From: Eledone cirrhosa
Taxonomy: Eukaryota
DNA: 64,000 nt
Direction of reading: 5' to 3'
Assembly (NCBI GenBank): GCA_964016885.1
Contig: OZ024742.1
Span: 100,812,001 to 100,876,000 of the forward strand
Both the position numbers and the translations under genes were made by a program. Shown here piece after piece: positions 9,382 through 24,300 of the stretch. The notes beneath the pieces were generated by a model. That model saw only the letters and a list, made by a program, of their open reading frames with translations. It had not been told where the DNA came from and searched no databases. Each line of letters begins with the position of its first letter. The first letter of the stretch is position 1.

Positions 9382-12300
9382 ATGTTGATTATAACAGCCA
9401 GGATGGTTGTGTGGTGTCTGTGATGTTGGTTGTAACAGTAAGGATGGTTGTGTGGTGTCTGTGATGTTGGTTATAACAGCCAGGATAGTTGTGTGGTATC
9501 TGTGATGTTGGTTATAACAGTCAGGATGGTTGTGTGGTGTCTGTAATGTTGGTTGTAACAGTCAGGATGGTTGTGTGGTATCTGTGATGTTGGTTATAAC
9601 AGTCAGGATGGTTGTGTGGTATCTGTAATGTTGGTTATAACAGTCAGGATGGTTGTGTGGTGTCTGTGATGTTGGTTATAACAGTCAGGATAGTTGTGTG
9701 GTGTCTGTGATGTTGATTATAACTGTCAGGATGGATGTGTGGTATCTGTGATGTTGATTATAACTGTCAGGATGGTTGTGTGGTGTCTGTGATGTTGGTT
9801 ATAACAGTCAGGATGGTTGTGTGGTGTCTGTGATGTTGGTTATAACAGTCAGGATGGTTGTGTGGTGTCTGTGATGTTGGTTATAACAGTCAGGATGGTT
9901 GTGTGGTGTCTGTGATGTTGATTATAACAGTCAGGATGGTTGTGTGGTGTCTGTGATGTTGATTATAACAGCCAGGATGGTTGTGTGGTGTCTGTGATGT
10001 TGATTATAACAGTCAGGATGGTTGTGTGGTGTCTGTGATGTTGATTATAACAGTCAGGATGGTTGTGTGGTGTCTGTGATGTTGGTTATAACAGTCAGGA
10101 TGGTTGTGTGGTATCTGTGATGTTGGTTATAACAGCCAGGATGGTTGTGTGGTGTCTGTGATGTTGGTTATAACAGTCAGGATGGTTGCGTGGTGTCTGT
10201 GATGTTGATTATAACAGTCAGGATGGTTGTGTGGTGTCTGTGATGTTGGTTATAACAGTCAGGATGGTTGTGTGGTGTCTGTGATGTTGGTTATTACAGC
10301 GAGGATGGTTGTGTGGTATCTGTGATGTTGATTGTAACAGTCAGGATGGTTGTGTGCTATCTGTGATGTTGATTGTAACAGCCAGGATGGTTGTGTGGTG
10401 TCTGTGATGTTGGTTATAACAGCCAGGATGGTTGTGTGGTATCTGTAATGTTGGTTATAACAGTCAGGATGGTTGTGTGGTGTCTGTGATGTTGGTTATA
10501 ACAGTCAGGATGGTTGTGTGGTATCTGTAATGTTGGTTATAACAGTCAGGATGGTTGTGTGGTGTCTGTGATGTTGGTTGTAACAGTCAGGATGGTTGTG
10601 TGGTGTCTGTGATGTTGGTTGTAACAGTCAGGATGGTTGTGTGGTGTCTGTGATGTTGGTGGTAACAGTCAGGATGGTTGTGTGGTGTCTGTGATGTTGG
10701 TTGTAACAGTCAGGATGGTTGTGTGGTGTCTGTGATGTTGGTGGTAACAGTCAGGATGGTTGTGTGGTATCTGTAATGTTGGTTATAACAGTCAGGATGG
10801 TTGTGTGGTGTCTGTGATGTTGGTTGTAACAGTCAGGATGGTTGTGTGGTGTCTGTGATGTTGGTTGTAACAGTCAGGATGGTTGTGTGGTGTCTGTGAT
10901 GTTGGTTATAACAGTCAGGATGGTTGTGTGGTATGTGTAATGTTGGTTGTAACAGTCAGGATGGTTGTGTGGTGTCTGTGATGTTGGTTATAACAGTCAG
11001 GATGGTTGTGTGGTGTCTGTGATGTTGATTATAACAGTCAGGATGGTTGTGTGGCGTCTGTGATGTTGGTTGTAACGGTCAGGATGGTTGTGTGGTGTCA
11101 GTGATGTTGGTTGTAACAGTCAGGATGGTTGTGTGGTGTCTGTGATGTTGATTATAACAGTCGGGATGGTTGTGTGGTATCTGTGATGTTGGTTATAACA
11201 GCCAGGATGGTTGTGTGGTATCTATGATGTTGGTTATAACAGTCAGAATGGTTGTGTGGTGTCTGTGATGTTGGTTTTAACAGTCAGAATGGTTGTGTGG
11301 TGTCTGTGATGTTGGTTGTAACAGTCAGGATGGTTGTGTGGTGTCTGTGATGTTGGTTATAACAGTCAGAATGGTTGTGTGGTGTCTGTGATGTTGGTTA
11401 TTACAGTCAGGATGGTTGTGTGGTATCTGTAATGTTGGTTATAACAGTCAGGATGGTTGTGTGGTATCTGTGATGTTGGTTATAACAGTCAGAATGGTTG
11501 TGTGGTGTCTGTGATGTTGGTTGTAACAGTCAGGATGGTTGTGTGGTGTCTGTGATGTTGGTTATAACAGTCAGAATGGTTGTGTGGTGTCTGTGATGTT
11601 GGTTGTAACAGTCAGGATGGTTGTGTGGTGTCTGTGATGTTGGTTATTACAGTCAGGATGGTTGTGTGGTATCTGTAATGTTGGTTATAACAGTCAGGAT
11701 GGTTGTGTGGTATCTGTGATGTTGGTTATAACAGTCAGAATGGTTGTGTGGTATCTGTGATGTTGGTTGTAACAGTCAGAATGGTTGTGTGGTGTCTGTG
11801 ATGTTGGTTGTAACAGTCAGGATGGTTGTGTGGTGTCTGTGATGTTGGTTGTAACAGTCAGGATGGTTGTGTGGTATCTGTGATGTTGGTTATAACAGTC
11901 AGGATGGTTGTGTGGTGTCAGTGATGTTGGGTGTAACAGTCAGGATGGTTGTGTGATGTCTGTGATGTTGGTTATAACAATCAGGATGGTTGTATGGTGT
12001 CTGTGATGTTGATTATAACAGTCGGGATGGTTGTGTGGTGTCTGTGATGTTGGTTATAACAGTCAGGATGGTTGTGTGGTGTCAGTGATGTTGGTTATAA
12101 CAGTCAGGATGGTTGTGTGGTGTCTGTGATGTTGATTATAACAGTCAGGATGGTTGTGTGGTGTCTGTGATGTTGATTATAACAGTCAGGATGGTTGTGT
12201 GATGTCTGTGATGTTGGTTATAACAGCCAGGATGGTTGTCTGGTGTCTGTGATGTTGGTTATAACAGTCAGAATGGTTGTGTGGTGTCTGTGATGTTGGT

Positions 12301-15300
12301 GGTAACAGTCAGGATGGTTGTGTGGTGTCTGTGATGTTGGTTATAACAGTCAGGATGGTTGTGTGGTATCTGTAATGTTGGTTATAACAGTCAGAATGGT
12401 TGTGTGGTGTCTGTGATGTTGGTTGTAACAGTAAGGATGGTTGTGTGGTGTCTGTGATGTTGGTTATAACAGTCAGAATGGTTGTGTGGTGTCTGTGATG
12501 TTGGTTATTACAGTCAGGATGGTTGTGTGGTATCTGTAATGTTGGTTAAAGCAGTCAGAATGGTTGTGTGGTGTCTGTGATGTTGGTTGTAACAGTCAGG
12601 ATGGTTGTTTGGTGTCTGTGATGTTGGTTATAACAGTCAGAATGGTTGTGTGGTGTCTGTGATGTTGGTTGTAACAGTCAGGATGGTTGTGTGGTGTCTG
12701 TGATGTTGGTTATTACAGTGAGGATGGTTGTGTGGTATCTGTAATGTTCGTTATAACAGTCAGGATGGTTGTGTGGTATCTGTGATGTTGGTTATAACAG
12801 TCAGAATGGTTGTGTGGTATCTGTGATGTTGGTTGTAACAGTCGAGATTGTTGTGTGGTGTCTGTGATGTTGGTTATAACAGTCAGAATGGTTGTGTGGT
12901 GTCTGTGATGTTGGTTGTAACAGTCAGGATGGTTGTGTGGTGTCTGTGATGTTGGTTGTAACAGTCAGGATGGTTTTGTGATGTCTGTGATGTTGGTTAT
13001 AACAATCAGGATGGTTGTGTGGTGTCTGTGATGTTGATTATAACAGTCAGGATGGTTGTGTGGTGTCTGTGATGTTGATTATAACAGTCAGGATGGTTGT
13101 GTGATGTTGGTTATAACAGTCAGGATGGTTGTGTGGTGTCAGTGATGTTGGTTATAACAGTCAGGATGGTTGTGTGGTGTCTGTGATGTTGATTATAACA
13201 GTCAGGATGGTTGTGTGGTGTCTGTGATGTTGATTATAACAGTCAGGATGGTTGTGTGGTGTCTGTGATGTTGATTATAACAGTCAGGATGGTTGTGTGA
13301 TGTCTGTAATGTTGGTTATAACAATCAGGATGGTTGTGTGGTATCTGTGATTTTGGTTGTAACAGTCAGGATGGTTGTGTGGTATCTGTGATGTTGGTTA
13401 TAACAGTCAGGATGGTTGTGTGGTATCTGTGATGTTGATTGTAACAGCCAGGATGGTTGTGTGGTGTCTGTGATGTTGGTTGTAACAGACAGGATGGTTG
13501 TGTGGTGTCTGTGATGTTGATTGTAACAGCCAGGATGGTTGTGTGGTATCTGTGATGTTGATTGTAACAGCCAGGATGGTTGTTTGGTATCTGTGATGTT
13601 GGTTGTAACAGTCAGGATGGTTGTGTGGTGTCTGTGATGTTGATTATAACAGTCGGGATGGTTGTGTGGTATCTGTGATGTTGATTGTAACAGTCAGGAT
13701 GGTTTTCTGGTATCTATGATGTTGGTTATAACAGTCAGAATGGTTGTGTGGTGTCTGTGATGTTGGTTGTAACAGTCAGGATGGTTGTGTGGTGTCTGTA
13801 ATGTTGGTTATAACAGTCAGAATGGTTGGGTGGTATCTGTAATGTTGGTTGTAACAGTCAGAATGGTTGTGTGGTGTCTGTGATGTTGATTATAACAGTC
13901 AGGATGGTTGTGTGGTGTCTGTGATGTTGGTTATAACAGTCAGGATGGTTGTGTGGTATCTGTGATGTTGGTTATAACAGCCAGGATAGTTGCGTGGTAT
14001 CTGTGATGTTGGTTGTAACAGTCAGAATGGTTGTGTGGTGTCTGTGATGTTGGTTGTAACAGTCAGGATGGTTGTGTGGTGTCTGTGATGTTGGTTATTA
14101 CAGTCAGGATGGTTGTGTGGTATCTGTAATGTTGGTTATAACAGTAAGGATGGTTGTGTGGTATCTGTGATGTTGGTTATAACAGTCAGAATGGTTGTGT
14201 GGTGTCTGTGATGTTGGTTGTAACAGTCAAGATGGTTGTGTGGTGTCTGATGTTGGTTATAACAGTCAGAATGGTTGTGTGGTGTCTGTGATGTTGGTTG
14301 TAACAGTCAGGATGGTTGTGTGGTGACTGTGATGTTGGTTGTAACAGTCAGGATGGTTGTGTGGTATCTGTGATGTTGGTTATAACAGTCAGGATGGTTG
14401 TGTGGTGTCAGTGATGTTGGTTGTAGCAGTCAGGATGGTTGTGTGATGTCTGTGATGTTGGTTATAACAATCAGGATGGTTGTGTAGTGTCTGTGATGTT
14501 GATTATAACAGTCAGGATGGTTGTGTGGTGTCTGTGATGTTGATTATAACAGTCAGGATGGTTGTGTGATGTCTGTGATGTTGGTTATAACAGTCAGGAT
14601 GGTTGTGTGGTGTCAGTGATGTTGGTTATAACAGTCAGGATGGTTGTGTGGTGTCTGTGATGTTGATTATAACAGTCAGGATGGTTGTGTGGTGTCTGTG
14701 ATGTTGATTATAACAGTCAGGATGGTTGTGTGATGTCTGTGATGTTGGTTATAACAGTCAGGATGGTTGTGTGGTGTCTGTGATGTTGGTTGTAACAGTC
14801 AGGATGGTTGTGTGGTATCTGTGATGTTGGTTGTAACAGTCAGGATGGTTGTGTGGTGTCTGTGATGTTGATTATAACAGCCAGGATGGTTGTGTGGTGT
14901 CTGTGATGTTGATTATAACAGCCAGGATGGTTGTGTGGTGTCTGTGATGTTGATTATAACAGTCGGGATGGTTGTGTGGTGTCTGTGATGTTGGTGGTAA
15001 CAGTCAGGATGGTTGTGTGGTATCTGTGATGTTGGTTATAACAGTCAGGATGGTTGTGTGGTATCTGTGATGTTGGTTATAACAGTCAGGATGGTTGTGT
15101 GGTATCTGTGATGTTGATTGTAACAGCCAGGATGGTTGTTTGGTATCTGTGATGTTGATTGTAACAGCCAGGATGGTTGTGTGGTGTCTGTGATGTTGAT
15201 TGTAACAGCCAGGATGGTTGTGTGGTGTCTGTGATGTTGGTTATAACAGTCAGGATGGTTGTGTGTTATCTGTGATGTTGGTTGTAACAGTCAGGATGGT

Positions 15301-18300
15301 TGTGTGGTATCTGTGATGTTGATTGTAACAGTCAGGATGGTTGTGTGGTATCTGTGATGTTGATTGTAACAGCCAGGATGGTTGTGTGGTGTCTGTGATG
15401 TTGATTATAACAGCCAGGATGGTTGTGTGGTATCTGTGATGTTGATTGTAACAGCCAGGATGGTTGTGTGGTATCTGTGATGTTGGTTATAACAGTCAGG
15501 ATGGTTGTGTGATGTCTGTAATGTTGGTTGTAACAGTCAGGATGGTTGTGTGGTGTCTGTGATGTTGGTTATAACAGTCAGGATGGTTGTGTGGTATCTG
15601 TGATGTTGGTTATAACAGTCAGGATGGTTGTGTGGTATCTGTGATGTTGGTTGTAACAGTCAGGATGGTTGTGTGGTGTCTGTGATGTTGGTTGTAACAG
15701 TCAGGATGGTTGTGTGGTGTCTGTGATGTTGGTTGTAACAGTCAGGATAGTTGTGTGGTATTTGTGATGTTGGTTGTAACAGTCAGGATGGTTGTGTGGT
15801 ATCTGTGATGTTGGTTGTAACAGTCAGGATGGTTGTGTGGTATTTGTGATGTTGGTTATAACAGTCAGAATGGTTGTGTGGTGTCTGTGATGTTGATTAT
15901 AACAGTCAGGATGGTTGTGTGATGTCTGTGATGTTGGTTATAACAGTCAGGATGGTTGTGTGGTGTCTGTGATGTTGGTTGTAACAGTCAGGATGGTTGT
16001 GTGGTGTCTGTGATGTTGATTATAACAGCCAGGATGGTTGTGTGGTGTCTGTGATGTTGATTATAACAGCCAGGATGGTTGTCGGGTGTCTGTGATGTTG
16101 ATTATAACAGTCGGGATGGTTGTGTGGTGTCTGTGATGTTGGTGGTAACAGTCAGGATGGTTGTGTGGTATCTGTGATGTTGGTTATAACAGTCAGGATG
16201 GTTGTGTGGTATCTGTGATGTTGGTTATAACAGTCAGGATGGTTGTGTGGTATCTGTGATGTTGATTGTAACAGCCAGGATGGTTGTTTGGTATCTGTGA
16301 TGTTGATTGTAACAGCCAGGATGGTTGTGTGGTGTCTGTGATGTTGATTGTAACAGCCAGGATGGTTGTGTGGTGTCTGTGATGTTGGTTATAACAGTCA
16401 GGATGGTTGTGTGGTATCTGTGATGTTGGTTGTAACAGTCAGGATGGTTGTGTGGTATCTGTGATGTTGATTGTAACAGTCAGGATGGTTGTGTGGTATC
16501 TGTGATGTTGATTGTAACAGCCAGGATGGTTGTGTGGTGTCTGTGATGTTGATTATAACAGCCAGGATGGTTGTGTGGTATCTGTGATGTTGATTGTAAC
16601 AGCCAGGATGGTTGTGTGGTATCTGTGATGTTGGTTATAACAGTCAGGATGGTTGTGTGATGTCTGTAATGTTGGTTGTAACAGTCAGGATGGTTGTGTG
16701 GTGTCTGTGATGTTGGTTATAACAGTCAGGATCGTTGTGTGGTATCTGTGATGTTGGTTATAACAGTCAGGATGGTTGTGTGGTATCTGTGATGTTGGTT
16801 GTAACAGTCAGGATGGTTGTGTGGTGTCTGTGATGTTGGTTGTAACAGTCAGGATGGTTGTGTGGTGTCTGTGATGTTGGTTGTAACAGTCAGGATAGTT
16901 GTGTGGTATTTGTGATGTTGGTTGTAACAGTCAGGATGGTTGTGTGGTATTTGTGATGTTGGTTATAACAGCCAGAATGGTTGTGTGATGTCTGTGATGT
17001 TGGTTGTAACAGTCAGGATGGTTGTGTGGTGTCTGTGATGTTGGTTATAACAGTCAGAATGGTTGTGTTGTGTCTGTGATGTTGGTTATTACAGTCAGGA
17101 TGGTTGTGTGGTATCTGTAATGTTGGTTATAACAGTCAGGATGGTTGTGTGTTATCTGTGATGTTGGTTATAACAGTCAGAATGGTTGTGTGGTGTCTGT
17201 GATGTTGGTTGTAACAGTCAGGATAGTTGTGTGGTATTTGTGATGTTGGTTGTAACAGTCAGGATGGTTGTGTGGTATCTGTAATGTTGGTTGTAACAGT
17301 CAGGATGGTTGTGTGGTGTCTGTGATGTTGATTATAACAGTCAGGATAGTTGTGTGGTATCTGTGATGTTTGTTATAACAGCCAGAATGGTTGTGTGGTA
17401 TCTGTGATGTTGGTTATAACAGTCAGGATGGTTGTGTGGTGTCTGTGATGTTGGTTATAACAGCCAGGATGGTTGTGTGGTATCTGTGATGTTGGTTATA
17501 ACAGTCAGGATGGTTGTGTGGTATCTCTGATGTTGGTTGTAACAGTCAGGATGGTTGTGTGGTGTCTGTGATGTTGGTTATAACAGCCAGGATGGTTGTG
17601 TTGTGTCTGTGATGTTGGTTATAACAGTCAGGATGGTTGTGTGGTATCTGTGATGTTGGTTGTAACAGTCAGGATGGTCGTGTGGTATCTGTGAAGTTGG
17701 TTGTAACAGTCAGGATGGTTGTGTGGTATCTGTGATGTTGGTTGTAACAGGCAGGATGGTTGTGTGGTATTTGTGATGTTGGTTATAACAGTCAGGATGG
17801 TTGTGTGGTGTCTGTGATGTTGGTTATAACAGTCAGGATAGTTGTGTGCTATTTGTGATGTTGGTTATAACAGCCAGGATGGTTGTGTGGTGTCTGTGAT
17901 GTTGGTTATAACAGTCAGGATAGTTGTGTGGTGTCTGTGATGTTGGTTGTAACAGTCAGGATGGTTGTGATGTCTGTGATGTTGATTATAACAGTCGGGA
18001 TGGTTGTGTGATGTCTGTGATGTTGGTTATAACAATCAGGATGGTTGTGTGGTGTCTGTGATGTTGATTATAACAGTCAGAATGGTTGTGTGGTGTCTGT
18101 GATGTTGATTATAACAGTCAGGATGGTTGTGTGATGTCTGTGATGTTGGTTATAACAGTCAGGATGGTTGTGTGGTATCTGTGATGTTGATTATAACAGT
18201 CGGGATGGTTGTGTGGTATCTGTGATGTTGGTTATAACAGCCAGGATGGTTGTGTGGTATCTGTGATGTTGGTTATAACAGTCAGGATGGTTGTGTGGTG

Positions 18301-21300
18301 TCTGTGATGTTGGTTGTAACAGTCAGGATGGTTGTGTGGTATCTGTGATGTTGGTTATAACAGTCAGGATGGTTGTGTGGTGTCAGTGATGTTGGTTGTA
18401 ACAGTCAGGATGGTTGTGTGATGTCTGTGACGTTGGTTATAACAATCAGGATGGTTGTGTGGTGTCTGTGATGTTGATTATAACAGTCAGGATGGTTGTG
18501 TGGTGTCTGTGATGTTGATTATAACAGTCAGGATGGTTGTGTGATGTCTGTGATGTTGGTTATAACAGTCAGGATGGTTGTGTGGTGTCAGTGATGTTGG
18601 TTATAACAGTCAGGATGGTTGTGTGGTGTCTTTGATGTTGGTTATAACAGTCAGAATGGTTCTGTGGTGTCTGTGATGTTGGTTATTACAGTCAGGATGG
18701 TTGTGTGGTATCTGTAATGTTGGTTAAAGCAGTCAGAATGGTTGTGTGGTGTCTGTGATGTTGGTTGTAACAGTCAGGATGGTTGTGTGGTATCTGTGAT
18801 GTTGGTTATAACAGTCAGGATGGTTGTGTGGTGTCAGTGATGTTGGTTGTAACAGTCAGGATGGTTGTGTGATGTCTGTGATGTTGGTTATAACAATCAT
18901 GATGGTTGTGTGGTGTCTGTGATGTTGATTATAACAGTCAGGATGGTTGTGTGGTGTCTGTGATGTTGATTATAACAGTCAGGATGGTTGTGTGATGTCT
19001 GTGATGTTGGTTATAACAGTCAGGATGGTTGTGTGGTGTCCGTGATGTTGGTTATAACAGTCAGGATGGTTGTGTGGTGTCTGTGATGTTGATTATAACA
19101 GCCAGGATGGTTGTGTGGTGTCTGTGATGTTGATTATAACAGTCGGGATGGTTGTGTGGTGTCTGTGATGTTGGTGGTAACAGTCAGGATGGTTGTGTGG
19201 TATCTGTGATGTTGGTTATAACAGTCAGGATGGTTGTGTGGTATCTGTGATGTTGGTTATAACAGTCAGGATGGTTGTGTGGTATCTGTGATGTTGATTG
19301 TAACAGTCAGGATGGTTGTGTGGTATCTGTGATGTTGATTGTAACAGCCAGGATGGTTGTGTGGTATCTGTGATGTTGATTGTAACAGCCAGGATGGTTG
19401 TGTGGTATCTGTGATGTTGGTTATAACAGTCAGGATGGTTGTGTGATGTCTGTAATGTTGGTTGTAACAGTCAGGATGGTTGTGTGGTGTCTGTGATGTT
19501 GGTTATAACAGTCAGGATGGTTGTGTGGTATCTGTGATGTTGGTTATAACAGTCAGGATGGTTGTGTGGTATCTGTGATGTTGGTTGTAACAGTCAGGAT
19601 GGTTGTGTGGTGTCTGTGATGTTGGTTGTAACAGTCAGGATGGTTGTGTGGTGTCTGTGATGTTGGTTGTAACAGTCAGGATAGTTGTGTGGTATTTGTG
19701 ATGTTGGTTGTAACAGTCAGGATAGTTGTGTGGTATTTGTGATGTTGGTTGTAACAGTCAGGATGGTTGTGTGGTATCTGTGATGTTGGTTGTAACAGTC
19801 AGGATGGTTGTGTGGTATTTGTGATGTTGGTTATAACAGCCAGAATGGTTGTGTGATGTCTGTGATGTTGGTTGTAACAGTCAGGATGGTTGTGTGGTGT
19901 CTGTGATGTTGGTTATAACAGTCAGAATAGTTGTGTTGTGTCTGTGATGATGGTTGTGTGGTATCTGTAATGTTGGTTATAACAGTCAGGATGGTTGTGT
20001 GTTATCTGTGATGTTGGTTATAACAGTCAGAATGGTTGTGTGGTGTCTGTGATGTTGGTTGTAACAGTCAGGATAGTTGTGTGGTATTTGTGATGTTGGT
20101 TGTAACAGTCAGGATGGTTGTGTGGTATCTGTAATGTTGGTTGTAACAGTCAGGATGGTTGTGTGGTGTCTGTGATGTTGGTTATAACAGTCAGGATGGT
20201 TGTGTGGTATCTGTAATGTTGGTTATAACAGTCAGAATGGTTGTGTGGTGTCTGTGATGTTGGTTGTAACAGTCAGGATGGTTGTGTGGTGTCTGTGATG
20301 TTGGTTATAACGGTCAGAATGGTTGTGTGGTGTCTGTGATGTTGGTTATTACAGTCAGGATGGTTGTGTGGTATCTGTAATGTTGGTTATAACAGTCAGG
20401 ATGGTTGTGTGGTATCTGTGATGTTGGTTATAACAGTCAGAATGGTTGTGTGGTATCTGTGATGTTGGTTGTAACAGTCGAGATTGTTGTGTGATGTCTG
20501 TAATGTTGGTTATAACAGTCAGGATGGTTGTGTGGTGTCTGTGATGTTGGTTGTAACAGTCAGGATGGTTGTGTGGTATCTGTGATGTTGGTTGTAACAG
20601 TCAGGATGGTTGTGTGGTGTCTGTGATGTTGGTTATAAGAGTCAGAATGGTTGTGTGGTGTCTGTGATGTTGGTTGTAACAGTCAGAATTGTTGTGTGGT
20701 GTCTGTGATGTTGGTTGTAACAGTCAGGATGGTTGTGTGGTATCTGTGATGTTGGTTATAACAGGATGGTTGTGTGCTGTCAGTGATGTTGGTTGTAACA
20801 GTCAGGATGGTTGTGTGATGTCTGTGATGTTGGTTATAACGATCAGGATGGTTGTGTGGTGTCTGTGATGTTGATTATAACAGTCAGGATGGTTGTGTGG
20901 TGTCTGTGATGTTGATTATAACAGTCAGGATGGTTGTGTGATGTCTGTAATGTTGGTTATAACAGTCAGGATGGTTGTGTGGTGTCTGTGATGTTGGTTG
21001 TAACAGTCAGGATGGTTGTGTGGTATCTGTGATGTTGGTTGTAACAGTCAGGATGGTTGTGTGGTGTCAGTGATGTTGATTATAACAGCCAGGATGGTTG
21101 TGTGGTGTCTGTGATGTTCATTATAACAGCCAGGATGGTTGTGTGGTGTCTGTGATGTTGATTATAACAGTCGGGATGGTTGTGTGGTGTCTGATGTTGG
21201 TGGTAACAGTCAGGATGGTTGTGTGGTATCTGTGATGTTGATTGTAACAGCCAGGATGGTTGTGTGGTGTCTGTGATGTTGGTTGTAACAGTCAGGATGG

Positions 21301-24300
21301 TTGTGTGGTGTCTGTGATGTTGATTGTAACAGCCAGGATGGTTGTGTGGTATCTGTGATGTTGATTGTAACAGCCAGGATGGTTGTTTGGTATCTGTGAT
21401 GTTGATTGTAACAGCAGGATGGTTGTGTGGTGTCGGTGATATTGATTGTAACAGCCAGGATGGTTGTCTGGTGTCTGTGATGTTGGTTGTAACAGTCAGG
21501 ATGGTTGTGTGGTATCTGTGATGTTGGTTGTAACAGTCAGGATGGTTGTGTGGTGTCTGTGATGTTGATTATAACAGTCGGGATGGTTGTGTGGTATCTG
21601 TGATGTTGGTCATAACAGTCAGGATGGTTGTGTGGTGTCTGTGATGTTGGTTATAACAGTCAGAATGGTTGTGTGGTGTCTGTGATGTTGGTTGTAACAG
21701 TCAGGATGGTTGTGTGGTGTCTGTGATGTTGGTTATAACAGTCAGGATGGTTGTGTGGTATCTGTAATGTTGGTTATAACAGTCAGGATGGTTGTGTGGT
21801 ATCTGTGATGTTGGTTGTGTGGTGTCTGTGATGTTGGTTATAACAATCAGAATGGTTGTGTGGTGTCTGTGATGTTGGTTGTAACAGTCAGGATGGTTGT
21901 GTGGTGTCTGTGATGTTGGTTATTACAGTCAGGATGGTTGTGTGGTATCTGTAATGTTGGTTATAACAGTAAGGATGGTTGTGTGGTATCTGTGATGTTG
22001 GTTATAACAGTCAGAATGGTTGTGTGGTATCTGTGATGTTGGTTGTAACAGTCAAGATGGTTGTATGGTATCTGTGATGTTGGTTATAACAGTCAGGATG
22101 GTTGTGTGGTGTCAGTGATGTTGGTTGTAACAGTCAGGATGGTTGTGTGATGTCTGTGATGTTGGTTATAACAATCATGATGGTTGTGTGGTGTCTGTGA
22201 TGTTGGTTATAACAGTCAGGATGGTTGTGTGGTATCTGTAATGTTGGTTATAACAGTCAGGATGGTTGTGTGATGTCTGTGATGTTGGTTATAACAGTCA
22301 GGATGGTTGTGTGGTGTCAGTGATGTTGGTTATAACAGTCAGGATGGTTGTGTGGTGTCTGTGATGTTGATTATAACAGTCAGGATGGTTGTGTGGTGTC
22401 TGTGATGTTGGTTATAACAGTCAGAATAGTTGTGTTGTGTCTGTGATGATGGTTGTGTGGTATCTGTAATGTTGGTTATAACAGTCAGGATGGTTGTGTG
22501 TTATCTGTGATGTTGGTTATAACAGTCAGAATGGTTGTGTGGTGTCTGTGATGTTGGTTGTAACAGTCAGGATAGTTGTGTGGTATTTGTGATGTTGGTT
22601 GTAACAGTCAGGATGGTTGTGTGGTATCTGTAATGTTGGTTGTAACAGTCAGGATGGTTGTGTGGTGTCTGTGATGTTGGTTATAACAGTCAGGATGGTT
22701 GTGTGGTATCTGTAATGTTGGTTATAACAGTCAGAATGGTTGTGTGGTGTCTGTGATGTTGGTTGTGACAGTCAGGATGGTTGTGTGGTGTCTGTGATGT
22801 TGGTTATAACGGTCAGAATGGTTGTGTGGTGTCTGTGATGTTGGTTATTACAGTCAGGATGGTTGTGTGGTATCTGTAATGTTGGTTATAACAGTCAGGA
22901 TGGTTGTGTGGTATCTGTGATGTTGGTTATAACAGTCAGAATGGTTGTGTGGTATCTGTGATGTTGGTTGTAACAGTCGAGATTGTTGTGTGATGTCTGT
23001 AATGTTGGTTATAACAGTCAGGATGGTTGTGTGGTGTCTGTGATGTTGGTTGTAACAGTCAGGATGGTTGTGTGGTATCTGTGATGTTGGTTGTAACAGT
23101 CAGGATGGTTGTGTGGTGTCTGTGATGTTGGTTATAAGAGTCAGAATGGTTGTGTGGTGTCTGTGATGTTGGTTGTAACGGTCAGAATTGTTGTGTGGTG
23201 TCTGTGATGTTGGTTGTAACAGTCAGGATGGTTGTGTGGTATCTGTGATGTTGGTTATAACAGGATGGTTGTGTGCTGTCAGTGATGTTGGTTGTAACAG
23301 TCAGGATGGTTGTGTGATGTCTGTGATGTTGGTTATAACGATCAGGATGGTTGTGTGGTGTCTGTGATGTTGATTATAACAGTCAGGATGGTTGTGTGGT
23401 GTCTGTGATGTTGATTATAACAGTCAGGATGGTTGTGTGATGTCTGTAATGTTGGTTATAACAGTCAGGATGGTTGTGTGGTGTCTGTGATGTTGGTTGT
23501 AACAGTCAGGATGGTTGTGTGGTATCTGTGATGTTGGTTGTAACAGTCAGGATGGTTGTGTGGTGTCAGTGATGTTGATTATAACAGCCAGGATGGTTGT
23601 GTGGTGTCTGTGATGTTCATTATAACAGCCAGGATGGTTGTGTGGTGTCTGTGATGTTGATTATAACAGTCGGGATGGTTGTGTGGTGTCTGATGTTGGT
23701 GGTAACAGTCAGGATGGTTGTGTGGTATCTGTGATGTTGATTGTAACAGCCAGGATGGTTGTGTGGTGTCTGTGATGTTGGTTGTAACAGTCAGGATGGT
23801 TGTGTGGTATTTGTGATGTTGGTTATAACAGCCAGAATGGTTGTGTGATGTCTGTGATGTTGGTTGTAACAGTCAGGATGGTTGTGTGGTGTCTGTGATG
23901 TTGGTTATAACAGTCAGAATAGTTGTGTTGTGTCTGTGATGATGGTTGTGTGGTATCTGTAATGTTGGTTATAACAGTCAGGATGGTTGTGTGTTATCTG
24001 TGATGTTGGTTATAACAGTCAGAATGGTTGTGTGGTGTCTGTGATGTTGGTTGTAACAGTCAGGATAGTTGTGTGGTATTTGTGATGTTGGTTGTAACAG
24101 TCAGGATGGTTGTGTGGTATCTGTAATGTTGGTTGTAACAGTCAGGATGGTTGTGTGGTGTCTGTGATGTTGGTTATAACAGTCAGGATGGTTGTGTGGT
24201 ATCTGTAATGTTGGTTATAACAGTCAGAATGGTTGTGTGGTGTCTGTGATGTTGGTTGTAACAGTCAGGATGGTTGTGTGGTGTCTGTGATGTTGGTTGT

